Shown here piece after piece: positions 63,030 through 64,000 of a stretch of 64,000 nucleotides of DNA. Under the pieces are notes generated by a model that was not told the origin of the DNA, ran no database searches, and saw only the letters and a program-made list of their open reading frames with translations. Origin of the DNA: Phoronis australis (Eukaryota; Animalia; Phoronida); contig NMRA01000114.1 in NCBI GenBank assembly GCA_002633005.1, positions 742,412-806,411 of the forward strand, read 5' to 3'. Positions within the stretch are counted from its first letter, which is position 1; every line of letters starts with the position of its first letter. The translations under genes and the position numbers were made by a program.

Positions 63030-63720
63030 TGAGTTGATGCTACCCTCTGGATTTCGAATGGATTCGAGGCATTTTGCGCCATCTTGTGGCCGTTTTTACT
63101 GTTTTCAAGTCGTTTTTTGGTGTCCGCCCCTCTAACAACCAAAGCACTTTAAGGATGAATGTGAAAATTGGCATGTATGTTCTTACTATGAGGAATACAG
63201 TTGACAATGATTTTCTGACTTCAACTACTGTGGCGCCCCTTAGTGGCAGTTTTGTTTGTTTTTGTGCCCATGGCTGTATCTCCTAAGCGTTCCACAGGAT
63301 CTTTATTAAATTTAGCAAATATATTTATATGAAGTTGACAACGGACGACGACGACTTTCGAACAGGTCGGTGTACCGGTGTGTCCCCTAGTGGCAGTTTT
63401 AGTTTTTATGTTTACCTCTGTATCTTCAACGGTCCTGAGCGGATTTCCATAAAATTTGGCACATAGACATCTATTAGTGAGGTGACGCTATCCTCTCGTT
63501 TTTGGACGGATTCGTAGTTTGCGCCACCTAGTGGCCATTTTTGTTGTTGTAAATGGCTTTCTTTTAAAGAAACGGTGACATTTTCTGGATTTCAGACGGA
63601 TTTGACGTATTTTGTGCCATCTAGTGGCTATTTCGATGATACAAACGAAACCCTCTAAAAGCACACGATTTGCGATGCATTCGTGGGCACATGTCAACAC
63701 TCCGCGTTGCTCTTGTTAAT
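63030..63720. mobile_element. Interspersed repeat fragment with internally repeated CTCF-like motif
   Basis: Five copies of GYGYCMYYTWGTGGC (63076, 63233, 63380, 63521, 63614) within repeated context (CGGATT.., AAATTTGGCA). Confidence 0.5.
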
Positions 63721-64000
63721 TTATTCTGGACACGAGACTTCCTGATTACTTTGTCTTGGGAGGCCAACTTGGCTGAATGTGCAGCTGTTTGACAAAGTTT
63801 GTCGGCATAGTTCATTTGTTTCGTGACTGATCAGGTGAATAAATTACTAGCTCCCCCTTGAGTGAATGTATGAATGGATGAACGCGCTGGCAAAGATTGC
63901 ATGGTGACTCAGGCATGAACAAACATTTACAAAAAACGTAAATTCATTACGATTGTTGTTGTCTTGGTAACTGAATGTATATTTTTCTTCTACATCTTGT

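Overview
AT-rich, intron-containing animal (probably bilaterian invertebrate) draft-assembly sequence with three N gaps and two further 1-2 nt N positions; no prokaryotic features, CRISPR arrays, rRNA or intact tRNA genes were seen. Positions 1-10.3 kb are gene-free and repetitive: a 26-bp palindromic/CCAAT minisatellite with a 260-bp higher-order repeat, a ~2.1-2.2 kb tandem macro-repeat, a ~720-bp tandem repeat, and a ~1.8 kb diverged foldback built of ~61-bp units with a two-eared hairpin centre. Positions 11-19 kb hold MITEs and non-autonomous DNA transposons. Three genes follow. (1) PRKCSH/glucosidase II beta (+, 19492-31595): 14 visible coding exons ending in HDEL, with one expected exon absent and probably lying in the N gap between two minisatellites. 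(2) An unrecognised minus-strand gene: 8 exons that I can chain in compatible phases (42193-33433, ~690 aa, N-terminal TM segment, helical region, repeated basic clusters, possible beta-grasp/RA-like module), with a 5'-truncated LINE plus TSD in an intron. (3) Midnolin/MIDN (+, from 43726): 5 exons encoding Ubl, Catch1 and the start of Catch2, continuing beyond the window. A 1.49-kb tandem duplication joined by a single N in a MIDN intron is probably an assembly artefact. All homology calls are from recalled protein motifs, not database searches.
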